From: Octopus bimaculoides
Lineage: Eukaryota
DNA length: 32,445 bases
NCBI RefSeq assembly: GCF_001194135.2
Contig: NC_068983.1
Coordinates: forward strand, 132,759,728-132,792,172
Reading direction: 5' to 3'
Below the pieces are notes generated by a model, which was not told the origin of the DNA, ran no database searches, and saw only the letters and a program-made list of their open reading frames with translations. The first letter of the stretch is position 1, and each line of letters opens with the position of its first letter. This document shows positions 21,961-32,445 of this stretch, one piece after another. The position numbers and the translations under genes are program-made.

Positions 21961-22063
21961 AAATATATTTTGTGTGACGTCTTCCTGAACTATCATTCGT
22001 TCCTTCACGAATGTTAGTCGGTCATTCCCTACCCACAATACGCCTCTTCCCCACAGTCACAAC

Positions 22064-22099
<36 letters not shown>

Positions 22100-22603
22100 N
22101 NNNNNNNNNNNNNNNNNNNNNNNNNNNNNNNNNNNNNNNNNNNNNNNNNNNNNNNNNNNNNNNNNNNNNNNNNNNNNNNNNNNNNNNNNNNNNNNNNNNN
22201 NNNNNNNNNNNNNNNNNNNNNNNNNNNNNNNNNNNNNNNNNNNNNNNNNNNNNNNNNNNNNNNNNNNNNNNNNNNNNNNNNNNNNNNNNNNNNNNNNNNN
22301 NNNNNNNNNNNNNNNNNNNNNNNNNNNNNNNNNNNNNNNNNNNNNNNNNNNNNNNNNNNNNNNNNNNNNNNNNNNNNNNNNNNNNNNNNNNNNNNNNNNN
22401 NNNNNNNNNNNNNNNNNNNNNNNNNNNNNNNNNNNNNNNNNNNNNNNNNNNNNNNNNNNNNNNNNNNNNNNNNNNNNNNNNNNNNNNNNNNNNNNNNNNN
22501 NNNNNNNNNNNNNNNNNNNNNNNNNNNNNNNNNNNNNNNNNNNNNNNNNNNNNNNNNNNNNNNNNNNNNNNNNNNNNNNNNNNNNNNNNNNNNNNNNNNN
22601 NNN
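22100..22603. other. Assembly gap after (TA)n (22066-22099)
   Basis: N characters. Confidence 0.99.
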
Positions 22604-23220
22604 TATATGACTAAAAGAGGGAAAAGGTTTGCACATGTATACACGCATGTAAATTAATTCCTTAATATATTCTGATTCACCTTACTGTCAGAATTCGTAT
22701 GAATAGCGATTCATATATTGAAACATATGAATATCCTTTTAAATCTTTCCAGTATCAAAAACAAATACTTTTACAATAACAGAAGCAGATGACATTATAT
22801 GTGTCTGCTCTATACACTATATTGCGTAAATAGGAATTAATATGATTATAATATATTCTGCACAAGAAACCACGCTCCTAGTTGCATATTTGCAATTTTC
22901 CTACCTGTATACAATGAAAAAGAAATGTTTTAGATAGCGCATTACCTTTCGTATTATCAATCACCGTTCGAAAATATAAGGTTAAAAGCGTGTAAAGAGG
23001 AAAAATACAAGGAAATAATAGAAATATTGATGCTACATACAATACTATATGTTATATTTGAAGTTTATAACAACATAGATTTCAATGAAAATCAGGTATT
23101 TCCAATCAAAAGTAGCTAAAATACTGGATGTTTCAGTAACGTTGAGATATTACTGTTGCTATTGTATAATGTGATCTGTTTAGTTAGCTGTAGTTAAACT
23201 AAACGTGGAATTTCGACAAA

Positions 23221-23452
23221 AAATCGGTAATGAAGAAGTGGCACAAAGAACAGTCAACAGAATTTTACGGGGCAGGGATACATGGTCTCATTCGAAGGTG
23301 GAACATTGGTATTGATAGAAACGGTGACTATGTTGAAAAGTAGGGATGTGGTCCAGAGGACCAGCATCATTTTGATATATGATACGTGTTCCTGTGTTGG
23401 TAACGATACCTGTCCTAAACAAAATGGCTTTACTTTTTGACTCAACTTCGTA
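23221..23452 (+). mobile_element. Tc1/mariner (mariner-like) transposon 3' end with right TIR
   Basis: 23221-23343 reads KSVMKKWHKEQSTEFYGAGIHGLIRRWNIGIDRNGDYVEK*, a typical mariner transposase C-terminus. TIR-like ggctttactttttgactcaacttcg ends in TA (23451-23452). Confidence 0.85.
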
Positions 23453-23456
23453 TGTA

Positions 23457-23497
<41 letters not shown>

Positions 23498-24260
23498 NNN
23501 NNNNNNNNNNNNNNNNNNNNNNNNNNNNNNNNNNNNNNNNNNNNNNNNNNNNNNNNNNNNNNNNNNNNNNNNNNNNNNNNNNNNNNNNNNNNNNNNNNNN
23601 NNNNNNNNNNNNNNNNNNNNNNNNNNNNNNNNNNNNNNNNNNNNNNNNNNNNNNNNNNNNNNNNNNNNNNNNNNNNNNNNNNNNNNNNNNNNNNNNNNNN
23701 NNNNNNNNNNNNNNNNNNNNNNNNNNNNNNNNNNNNNNNNNNNNNNNNNNNNNNNNNNNNNNNNNNNNNNNNNNNNNNNNNNNNNNNNNNNNNNNNNNNN
23801 NNNNNNNNNNNNNNNNNNNNNNNNNNNNNNNNNNNNNNNNNNNNNNNNNNNNNNNNNNNNNNNNNNNNNNNNNNNNNNNNNNNNNNNNNNNNNNNNNNNN
23901 NNNNNNNNNNNNNNNNNNNNNNNNNNNNNNNNNNNNNNNNNNNNNNNNNNNNNNNNNNNNNNNNNNNNNNNNNNNNNNNNNNNNNNNNNNNNNNNNNNNN
24001 NNNNNNNNNNNNNNNNNNNNNNNNNNNNNNNNNNNNNNNNNNNNNNNNNNNNNNNNNNNNNNNNNNNNNNNNNNNNNNNNNNNNNNNNNNNNNNNNNNNN
24101 NNNNNNNNNNNNNNNNNNNNNNNNNNNNNNNNNNNNNNNNNNNNNNNNNNNNNNNNNNNNNNNNNNNNNNNNNNNNNNNNNNNNNNNNNNNNNNNNNNNN
24201 NNNNNNNNNNNNNNNNNNNNNNNNNNNNNNNNNNNNNNNNNNNNNNNNNNNNNNNNNNNN
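23498..24260. other. Assembly gap flanked by (TA)n on both sides
   Basis: N characters. Confidence 0.99.
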
Positions 24261-24384
24261 TATATATATATATATATATTGTAAAAAGTATATAGAATAT
24301 TAAACATAGCATTTTTATTGTATAATATATTACACTATGATACAAGTGATCAACAGTATCAATTATATTTGGAGTCTCTTCCCA

Positions 24385-25355
24385 GCCAATTCATAGTGTC
24401 AGAAGATGAGTCATGTTACATGCCTTGTTGAACTAACGTATCATAGACGAAATGACGTATCAATTGTCATCCCGTTAGAAAACCCATCAAATAACGAACG
24501 AAATACAAAGTGTCCGACTAAAGAGTTTCCCACAACAGTAGAAACTACTGAAAGACACGTCCTAACACATTTCTTGCCTGTGATTTTAATGGTCCACATT
24601 CTTAAGCAGAGCATTGCAGCTATGCATGACAAACGGCTCACCTTTAAGCAGAAGCGATGAAGGCATTAGCAGGGTCAGCGTCTCATTGAATTTGACTATA
24701 TTGATGATTTTGCTTTTGCACCTCATACAGTGTGGAGCGCAAGTCTTTGTTAACATCACTAGAGAATATTGCAGTCAAAGTCAGTCTGTTTCTCAATATG
24801 AAAGAAAACTGGCCGTTAACAGAAAATCATTTGCTAATTTGGTCCAAACATGGCACACAAGTCAAGCTGGTCATTGTATCCAAATTAATTCTACCTAATG
24901 TTTCTTAGAGAAAGTGAGCCTTCCTTCTGAGCAAATAACAGGGCTAATTTGTTGATAACAACTTTGAAGGATCTGATAATTAAAAATATCAAAATTAACA
25001 AGATTTGCATTTTTTCATTACCTAAAAGGAGAACATTTTTTTCTATGGAAACGAAACATAGACTTGGAATAAGGGTCCCAATGATCTCTTTAATGATGAA
25101 GGCTGCCGCTGATGCCTAAAACATGTTATTCAACGGGAAGCAGATTTTCTGTCTACTGCTCTCCTGCTAAGCATATCAGGTGCTATGTTTTGTGGAATTC
25201 CCCAACCTAATACGAGACGAAGACACTTAATTATATTGATATTATAGGCAGAGACACACTGACTTAAATTTAGGATCTGATATGAGTACTATGAAAGCGA
25301 AATTCCTGGCACAACAGTGTGAAATACAACTTGCATGTGGCCGCCTGTAGAAAGA
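24385..25355 (+). mobile_element. Highly decayed RTE-like LINE reverse transcriptase fragment
   Basis: KEFPTTVETTERHVLTHFLPVILMVHILKQSI (cf. GVLQGDTLAPYLFIIVLD), QRLIEFDYIDDFAF (YIDD at 24697-24708), V(S)LFLNMKEN and LGSDM near 25270. The stretch ~24900-25240 may be unrelated inserted DNA. Confidence 0.7.
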
Positions 25356-26667
25356 TATTTTATTATATTGAATGATATTATATTATACTACATATATTAC
25401 ATTACAATTTATTACGTTATTGAACATTATATTATAGTATTTGGAAATTATGTTATATTATGTAATAAAACTGAATGCTTTGTAATGTTATGTTTCACTG
25501 AGTGTAACTCTTTTAAAGAAATTATCGAAGAAGTCTTATTCTCTTCTGAGTCATAAAATTCTCAATAAACCATATCTATGTCTACATTAACTCTGTCTAC
25601 ATACATAACATACATAACACATACACAAATATATACGAACACAGAGAGAGAGAGAGGAACGGAGAGTGAGTGAGTGAGTGGGTGAGTGAGTGAGAAATAA
25701 CAACTACGTGTAGATAGTCTCTACAGCGCAGCTCGAGAGGTGAGGAAAGATAGAATGCCGTGTCGTTATGTTTAACTTTGCTCATAAAAAATAATTTTGT
25801 GTTATCAAAAATATATTACAGACGTCATCAAAGAGATTTACAAAACGATGGTGTTCACACAATAAACCAGCCTTTATTAGCCAGCTAAAAGCAAACTTTG
25901 AATTACAAAGTGTCATTTTGAAGAAGAGAAAAACATATTGGGTGATGGAGTGCTTTATAGCAGAAAGCCACTGACGTAAATCGACATGAAAGCCTTGGGC
26001 TGTAGATCTTCAAGATCTATAATTATGTTATCAAAGTTGCACAACAACAGAAAACGAAAAAAGGGCCAATATTTATTATTGCCAGATTAAACCGCAAACA
26101 ACAGTTATAATGATAAAATACACGCATTTCTGAAAACGGTTTTTAAGTTGATCGTTTGGCAGCGGTGATAGAAAGTGAACTGCAATATATCTCATGACTT
26201 ATTTGCTGAAATGTTTTGACAGGGATTCAAGTTTTTTAATGAATTATAACATACTGGAAAAAGTATCAATTTTGCGAAATTTCTTTCAAATACTAAAGAT
26301 TTCACAATGTAAATTTTATAATCTGATTAAATTCTTCAGAGGTAGAACCCACTGAACGTTGCAAAATCTAATGAAAAGGATAAGAAAATTAATCCTATCA
26401 GGTGGAAATGTATTACGTTATAAATCTACAAGTAAAAGACATGATAATCAGTAGAAATCAGATCGATCAGTTTGTTTGCTGATCAGCTACATGATTCCTT
26501 CATCAATAATTGAATCTTTGGATTAAGGAAAGAATATATTTAGTGTGATGGAATTTATGTACGACATTATACTTCTTATAGTCTAATACATGGAAGAGAT
26601 ATGTATCATATCTTTGTGTTTACCGCAGAACAGAGATAACATTTTACGTAACTAAATATAGTAGATC

Positions 26668-26669
<2 letters not shown>

Positions 26670-26747
<78 letters not shown>

Positions 26748-26765
26748 ATGTATGTATGTATGTAT
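26670..26765. repeat. Compound (TA)(TG)n(TATG)n microsatellite
   Basis: Direct reading. Confidence 0.95.
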
Positions 26766-27424
26766 CATACATATTATAATCATGTATACAAATATAACAA
26801 TAGGATGTGTTGATAAATATCTTTTTCCATGACGAAAAACATGTAACTAACATGTTAAAGACATAACTAACACGTTAAATGGATTCTTTCTTTCTTCTTA
26901 TATATTCTATCTGTTTTTCATTCAATTTCGCTTATTTACGCTTACATTTCTAAAGAAAACATTGTACTCTCACAATTAGAGGAAATTGAAAAATTTGAGA
27001 AATTTTGCACGTATACCGAAAAACATAATCTATTCTGAAATACATACATATGTTGGTTTGAATTCATATGTTTTATACATATTTTTAGTAAATCTCGTTA
27101 TCCCACACAAGTATACTTTCATCTACATACATCAATTGCTAGTAGGTAATTTAACAAAGAAAAGGGAGAATCACAACTTCCTACTGATATTGTACTGGTG
27201 ACAGTATTTATGCAACTACAACTACATGTTGGAAAATGTACCGGAGGTCATTTTGAAGACAAATGTATATCTAACATTCTCCTTATCATAGTATATAAAA
27301 AATTTAATTAGCATTAATCTGATACACTTTCTTGTAGAATCCAGTCATGTTTTCTCCATTATAGCAGTTAATAATCATCCTGGCAAATTTGTGTGCGTAT
27401 ATACGTATTAAACATTTGATAAGT

Positions 27425-27479
27425 CCCTACGTACGAAACTCTCGTAAAACGTGTCCTCGTAAAGTGAGGTATTACTGTA
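27425..27479. mobile_element. Tigger/pogo-like terminal inverted repeat (one end), with TA target site
   Basis: Minus strand reads TA|CAGTAATACCTCACTTTACGAGGACACGTTTTACGAG, i.e. a CAGT..CCTC start with a duplicated TTTACGAG. No partner TIR is visible; it may be lost or lie in a gap. Confidence 0.5.
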
Positions 27480-27600
27480 TATTTTGTGTGTATGTGCATG
27501 TGTGTAGGTGTGTATGTGTGTGTATTATATACACATACATACATGCACACATTTATTTATACATGTATATACATACATACAAACATATATGTATGTATGT

Positions 27601-27638
<38 letters not shown>

Positions 27639-28233
27639 NNNNNNNNNNNNNNNNNNNNNNNNNNNNNNNNNNNNNNNNNNNNNNNNNNNNNNNNNNNNNN
27701 NNNNNNNNNNNNNNNNNNNNNNNNNNNNNNNNNNNNNNNNNNNNNNNNNNNNNNNNNNNNNNNNNNNNNNNNNNNNNNNNNNNNNNNNNNNNNNNNNNNN
27801 NNNNNNNNNNNNNNNNNNNNNNNNNNNNNNNNNNNNNNNNNNNNNNNNNNNNNNNNNNNNNNNNNNNNNNNNNNNNNNNNNNNNNNNNNNNNNNNNNNNN
27901 NNNNNNNNNNNNNNNNNNNNNNNNNNNNNNNNNNNNNNNNNNNNNNNNNNNNNNNNNNNNNNNNNNNNNNNNNNNNNNNNNNNNNNNNNNNNNNNNNNNN
28001 NNNNNNNNNNNNNNNNNNNNNNNNNNNNNNNNNNNNNNNNNNNNNNNNNNNNNNNNNNNNNNNNNNNNNNNNNNNNNNNNNNNNNNNNNNNNNNNNNNNN
28101 NNNNNNNNNNNNNNNNNNNNNNNNNNNNNNNNNNNNNNNNNNNNNNNNNNNNNNNNNNNNNNNNNNNNNNNNNNNNNNNNNNNNNNNNNNNNNNNNNNNN
28201 NNNNNNNNNNNNNNNNNNNNNNNNNNNNNNNNN
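27639..28233. other. Assembly gap after compound (GT)/(TA) repeats
   Basis: N characters. Confidence 0.99.
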
Positions 28234-28342
28234 CCTACGGAAAAGACCACGGTCACCTCAGGCTTTTTTTTTTTAAAGGTCTATTGACTTTTTATACATG
28301 CTAGGCCACTGGTAGTGAAATATGTAAAAATGTGTTTCCCTA

Positions 28343-28343
28343 T

Positions 28344-28423
<80 letters not shown>
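28343..28423. repeat. (GATA)n microsatellite
   Basis: Direct reading, one AG interruption. Confidence 0.97.
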
Positions 28424-28424
<1 letters not shown>

Positions 28425-28824
28425 AAAAGAGTAACACAGAGAGAGAGGATTATGAAGATATGAGGATGCGAATAAAATATTTGCATTGCGATCATTTAAA
28501 CATAATAACGTTTATGAATTGTAATGGCACGTTTTACGTTCATTATTAAAATGTTTCTTTGACCTATTGCATATACGGTCAAAATGAAATTATTGGCTAA
28601 CAGCATTATATTTTGGGACGCTAATTGAATGGAATAAACATGATGTCATTCAGATGGAAATATTGCAATATGACTACATAATAATCACTGCAACTGGAAC
28701 AGTACAAGCGTGACTAAGATGGAGGAACGCAAAACGAAAAGGTGCACATTGAAGAGTTTAATTAGCCATGTATAAAAAAAAATAGCTTTTGGTAACTATG
28801 AAATACAATCAAATTCAAATATAT

Positions 28825-28845
28825 CTCTCTCACTCTCTCTCTTTC

Positions 28846-28927
<82 letters not shown>

Positions 28928-28930
28928 TCT
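28825..28930. repeat. (CT)n microsatellite
   Basis: Direct reading. Confidence 0.97.
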
Positions 28931-29134
28931 CGATACGTACACAAACACACATTCACATGCAGATATATGTACGTATATTCAAAGTTTTAGTGACAAATTA
29001 AAAGCAGTGACATTAATATTTTCCCTTTATATGGAGAAGTAGTTCCACGTGCATAACACATTGTTAGCTTCAACTGGAAATCATATTTAAGTAGTCGTTG
29101 AAAGGACAAAACTCCTTCCAAATCATATAAATTC

Positions 29135-29262
29135 TTAGGGCTGGTTTCCCGGATTCAGTGATGTATATATTCCCCATTGCACACGACACCGGTCCATCTT
29201 AGAAATACTCATGTTTGCCAGCCAAACGGACTGGAATAGCGTGAAATGAAATGCTTTGCTCC
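29135..29262 (-). mobile_element. SINE internal and 3' fragment with CORE-like central domain
   Basis: actcatgtttgccagccaaacggactggaatagcgtgaaatgaaatgctttgctc resembles the reverse complement of a recalled cephalopod SINE central domain. Confidence 0.6.
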
Positions 29263-31295
29263 ACGTTCTGTTCCCCAGTGGAGAGCGGCATTCAGAGATT
29301 TTAATACCTGAGGTCTGGATGTTTTTCAGGGGAGGAAATATATTGAAGGGTTTTAACACACGATAGGGAAAAGATTTTACCGTAACGGATTTTCTATGAA
29401 TGGATTAAAATTATTAAAACTCGCCCCACAAATCTCATTCATCGAGAAGAAACTGAACGCCCGAAGATACTTTATGCTAATGAAATTACTGAACGTGTTA
29501 TATTATGGACTGTTGAACAGACGGACGACTATTGAGGAGGGGCATAGTGTATGAAAATAATCTATGGGCCAGTCTATAACACTACGTTTTGCAACCTGGA
29601 TGATAGTGTCTACAGAGAATCACACTTACTGTAGCATGCGCAGCTTAGTTTACCACTAATAGGGAAAATTATAAATACTTTTAGAAGTATTACGAGATTA
29701 AGACATTATAGGATTAAGGCAGGAATTTTGCAGTACGTCGTAAGCATGACCTGAGTGCTTGCATCACTGTGGAAACAATAACGTGCACACTAAACAGTTG
29801 CATGTGTAAAACTGCGTGATGATCATGATTACCGCCCATGAGCAGGAAGGACAATCCGATATGCACAATTTTGCCCAGATTTGCTGGATTTATGAAATTA
29901 TATCATTGTGAAGTGGAAAGAGGCACGATACTAAGTAGTTGTAAGGAAAAATTCTTAACCACATGGCCATAGCTGAGACCATATAAAATTAATATATGTG
30001 ATGATATGTCAAACAGTGTATTGTAGCAATTTAACTGAAATACACGTAATTATGTAATCCGATTAAGTATGAGAAATCTAGATTAATACACGGACAAGTG
30101 TCACAGGATATATGCTAAGCTCATTATAGTTTAAGAACACAAAGACGTAATATGTTTGTAGGGTGACTGACAAACAACAGCCATGTGCTAGCAATGTGAA
30201 ACACGCCTGAAAGCAACAAGAGAAAGGACAGACAACTGAAATTAGTTTCGCTACCATACGATGACTGATTTAACAAGTGAAAATCAAATCGTGCTTCATT
30301 CTACTTGGACAATACAAATGCAATAAAAATTCTTTCAAAAACCTGTAGACTGTTGATTTAGTTTGTGTTACGCGTCAACTCAAAGTTAAATATAATAGTT
30401 ATAACATGAATTATTTGAGTACGGTACAAAGCATCAATCAGGCGATTTTTTTATAAAACAAAAGAAAACTGATATATTATTTGGAAAGGGTTCAAACGGT
30501 TCATGGGATTGAAATTATCTCAAAATATCCTATATCAATATTGATTTCGTAAAAAGAGAACAGATATTTAATAGTTATATGCCTGATAGTATAGGATGTA
30601 AGACATAAAAAGAATCTTAGCAAAGGAGGCTAATCGCGGCTGCGAAAATCGAGAAACTTTTTTATACATAAATTAAACACATTGAAATAATAAATATCAC
30701 TAACCACGGAAATCTTTCGTCTTCGTAGTAAACACGCATAAACACACACACATACACAAACACACACACACAAATACACACACATGTACACACACACATT
30801 TATGTATATATATAGGATTAGGGTAATGTACTTACATGTGTGTATACATATGTACGTGTGTTTGTGTGCTTGTGTGTGTCTGTATGTCTGTGTTAAATTT
30901 AGCATGTTGATTTTATGCTGTATAATTATTATATATTGCAATAGAAAACAGGGTGACGGCTGCCAGAAGTAATAATCTTTTTGTAAGGATATTTATCCTA
31001 GAGGCAAGAATTGTCGGTAAATGTTGTCCTCAATACGACCTGAGTGTATAAATGGCTCACAGAAACTAAGAAAGTGAATAAGAGAGACTGAATTATATAA
31101 GCAACTGAAATGTTGCTCGTATAATATTTTTAGTCTTTATTGAGCCAACTCATGGCAATTGGAGTTTCCACTATCCTGTATATCTTGCATATCTACAATT
31201 AAACTGGTAAATGTTCCTCTTTCTAGATGAGGAATTTAATAGCCATGTTGAAGCTGGTCGATTTCCTGTTTAAGATCCCCGCGTGCATTGGCTTG

Positions 31296-31500
31296 TTAAT
31301 CGAGTGTGTAGTTCTGTCGGTTTGACTCTGATCTTGGAAGGGAATGTAAGTGTTCGGAAATTTTACAGTAATCGTATAGGTCCAGATCTGTCGTAGGGTA
31401 CAATGCTGATTTTATCTGACTTTTACGTTGCGGACACAAGCCTGTAGAATCATCAAATGTTTCATAGGTCGAATGATCTGGTCGTAATACAATCAGGGTA
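31296..31500 (-). CDS. Possible terminal exon or decayed coding sequence (unidentified)
   Basis: 67 open codons TLIVLRPDHSTYETFDDSTGLCPQRK...DLYDYCKISEHL...NYTLD* follow a weak AG at 31502-31501; AATAAA at 31141->31136. No homolog recognised. Confidence 0.2.
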
Positions 31501-31919
31501 CTTATAAGGTATTTTCATTTATTTGTCTTGAATCAGCAAATAGGAAACAACCCCCCAGTTGAAATTTCATCATGAAGGGAAACCACTTTTCGTTTAATTT
31601 CAGAAAAATTCCTAGTTATAAATACGTTTATTCGTTTATTTCATTATTTGTTTGGTTCTACTTGATCATTTTGACATTGACTTTAAAGTTTTTGCTGCGC
31701 GTGGCCAATTTAGACGATCTTACTGCGTCTGCATATATGTATTTATATATGCATGTATTTATGTATTAGTGTGTACATATACACATGTACGTACGTATGT
31801 TTGTGTGACTTTGTATGTGTGTCTATATATAATATACAGTGATATTTATATATTCAATATATCTACATTCGACTGCTGTATAACTTGATCACTTGCTATA
31901 AATCTGACTGTATTTGTAT

Positions 31920-31957
31920 GAGTGTGTGTGTTTACGTGTGCGCGCGTAGGTGTGTGC

Positions 31958-31990
<33 letters not shown>
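31920..31990. repeat. (GT)n/(GC) microsatellite
   Basis: Direct reading. Confidence 0.93.
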
Positions 31991-32259
31991 CCGTTAAATT
32001 TAGCTATTACTAGCTTCCAAACATGGGTTGACTAAAACAATCTATTTAATTTACACTCCGCCGCGGCTACGAAACTGTAGATTACCATTATCCGGGAACC
32101 TATATACAGAGCCGAAATCCTCAATTCTGACGGCTAGAGAAGAATCTTTATTGGCCTCAGAGAGAAATACATGCGGCTTCAAACAGAAACAGATATAATT
32201 GTAAGAATGGTTACGCTCCAGTTTTCCAGGACTTTCCAAGTAAGGCCGAGGAACAATCC

Positions 32260-32338
32260 AATTTTCCTCGCGTCTTGCAACCTTTTCAATAATTTTGAGT
32301 CAAGACTATTGAAAAGGTTGCAAGACGCAACGAAAATT
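32260..32338. repeat. Near-perfect ~79-nt hairpin (perfect 22-bp stem)
   Basis: gcgtcttgcaaccttttcaata (32270-32291) is the exact reverse complement of 32307-32328, with a 15-nt loop. aattttc/gaaaatt extends the base. Confidence 0.93.
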
Positions 32339-32445
32339 TTGGGAAAATAAAAATAAGAAATAAGTGGAAATTTTCCCGGTGAATGTGTTAAATTATAAGG
32401 CACAAAAAGAAAATGACTCTCTCCAGACACAACAGAATATACATA

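Noticed and set aside
25090-25135. aTGATGA-AGGC...GCCT-AAAAC-ATGTTA, hammerhead-like layout
   Set aside because: Both conserved core segments are mutated (C3 and G12) and there is no convincing stem I; too degenerate to call.
5843-28304. Long ORFs (190-374 aa) in the supplied track
   Set aside because: They consist almost entirely of X residues from N gaps plus microsatellite translations (YIYI, CVCV, HTHT).
29817-29976. C-box (GTGATGA) and D-box (CTGA) pair suggesting a snoRNA
   Set aside because: No terminal stem and no identifiable guide; such boxes occur by chance.
32051-32239. LKPHVFLSEANKDSSLAVRIEDFGS, resembling kinase subdomains VIb-VII
   Set aside because: It lacks HRD and the catalytic-loop Asn, no other kinase motifs are nearby, and the opposite strand is similarly open.
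1-32445. CRISPR arrays, operons, tRNA and rRNA genes
   Set aside because: No repeat-spacer arrays or cloverleaf-forming sequences were seen. The tRNA-like boxes belong to SINE heads, and the sequence is eukaryotic.

Overview
Eukaryotic, AT-rich, non-coding (intronic or intergenic) DNA with dense microsatellites and seven N gaps, most of them abutting dinucleotide arrays. The SINE families and repeat style look like an octopus or other coleoid cephalopod genome; this is my inference from pattern recall, not a database search. There is no intact gene, tRNA, rRNA or CRISPR array. The recognisable content is decayed mobile elements: two RTE-like LINE fragments (~8.0-9.1 kb, ~24.4-25.4 kb), an R4/Dong-like LINE between (TAA)n arrays (12.2-13.8 kb), a HERO-like restriction-endonuclease LINE (20.5-22.0 kb, minus), an L1/Tx1-like ORF1 with a zinc knuckle and no ORF2 (minus, 15.3-17.3 kb), several tRNA-type SINEs, a mariner 3' end, a Tigger/pogo-like terminus and a HINE/Helentron-like element. 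The most interesting signals are: (i) a 264-bp unit carrying a minimal hammerhead-ribozyme fold, with a 50-bp terminal direct repeat and a 71-bp inverted leader (Penelope pLTR or retrozyme-like, 13917-14301), plus a second hammerhead-like motif at ~6.93 kb; (ii) a template-switch patchwork at 15747-15915 that includes an inverted copy of sequence 1.4 kb away; (iii) a pre-miRNA-sized hairpin with a perfect 22-bp stem at 32270-32328. A few possible host exons are flagged at low confidence only.
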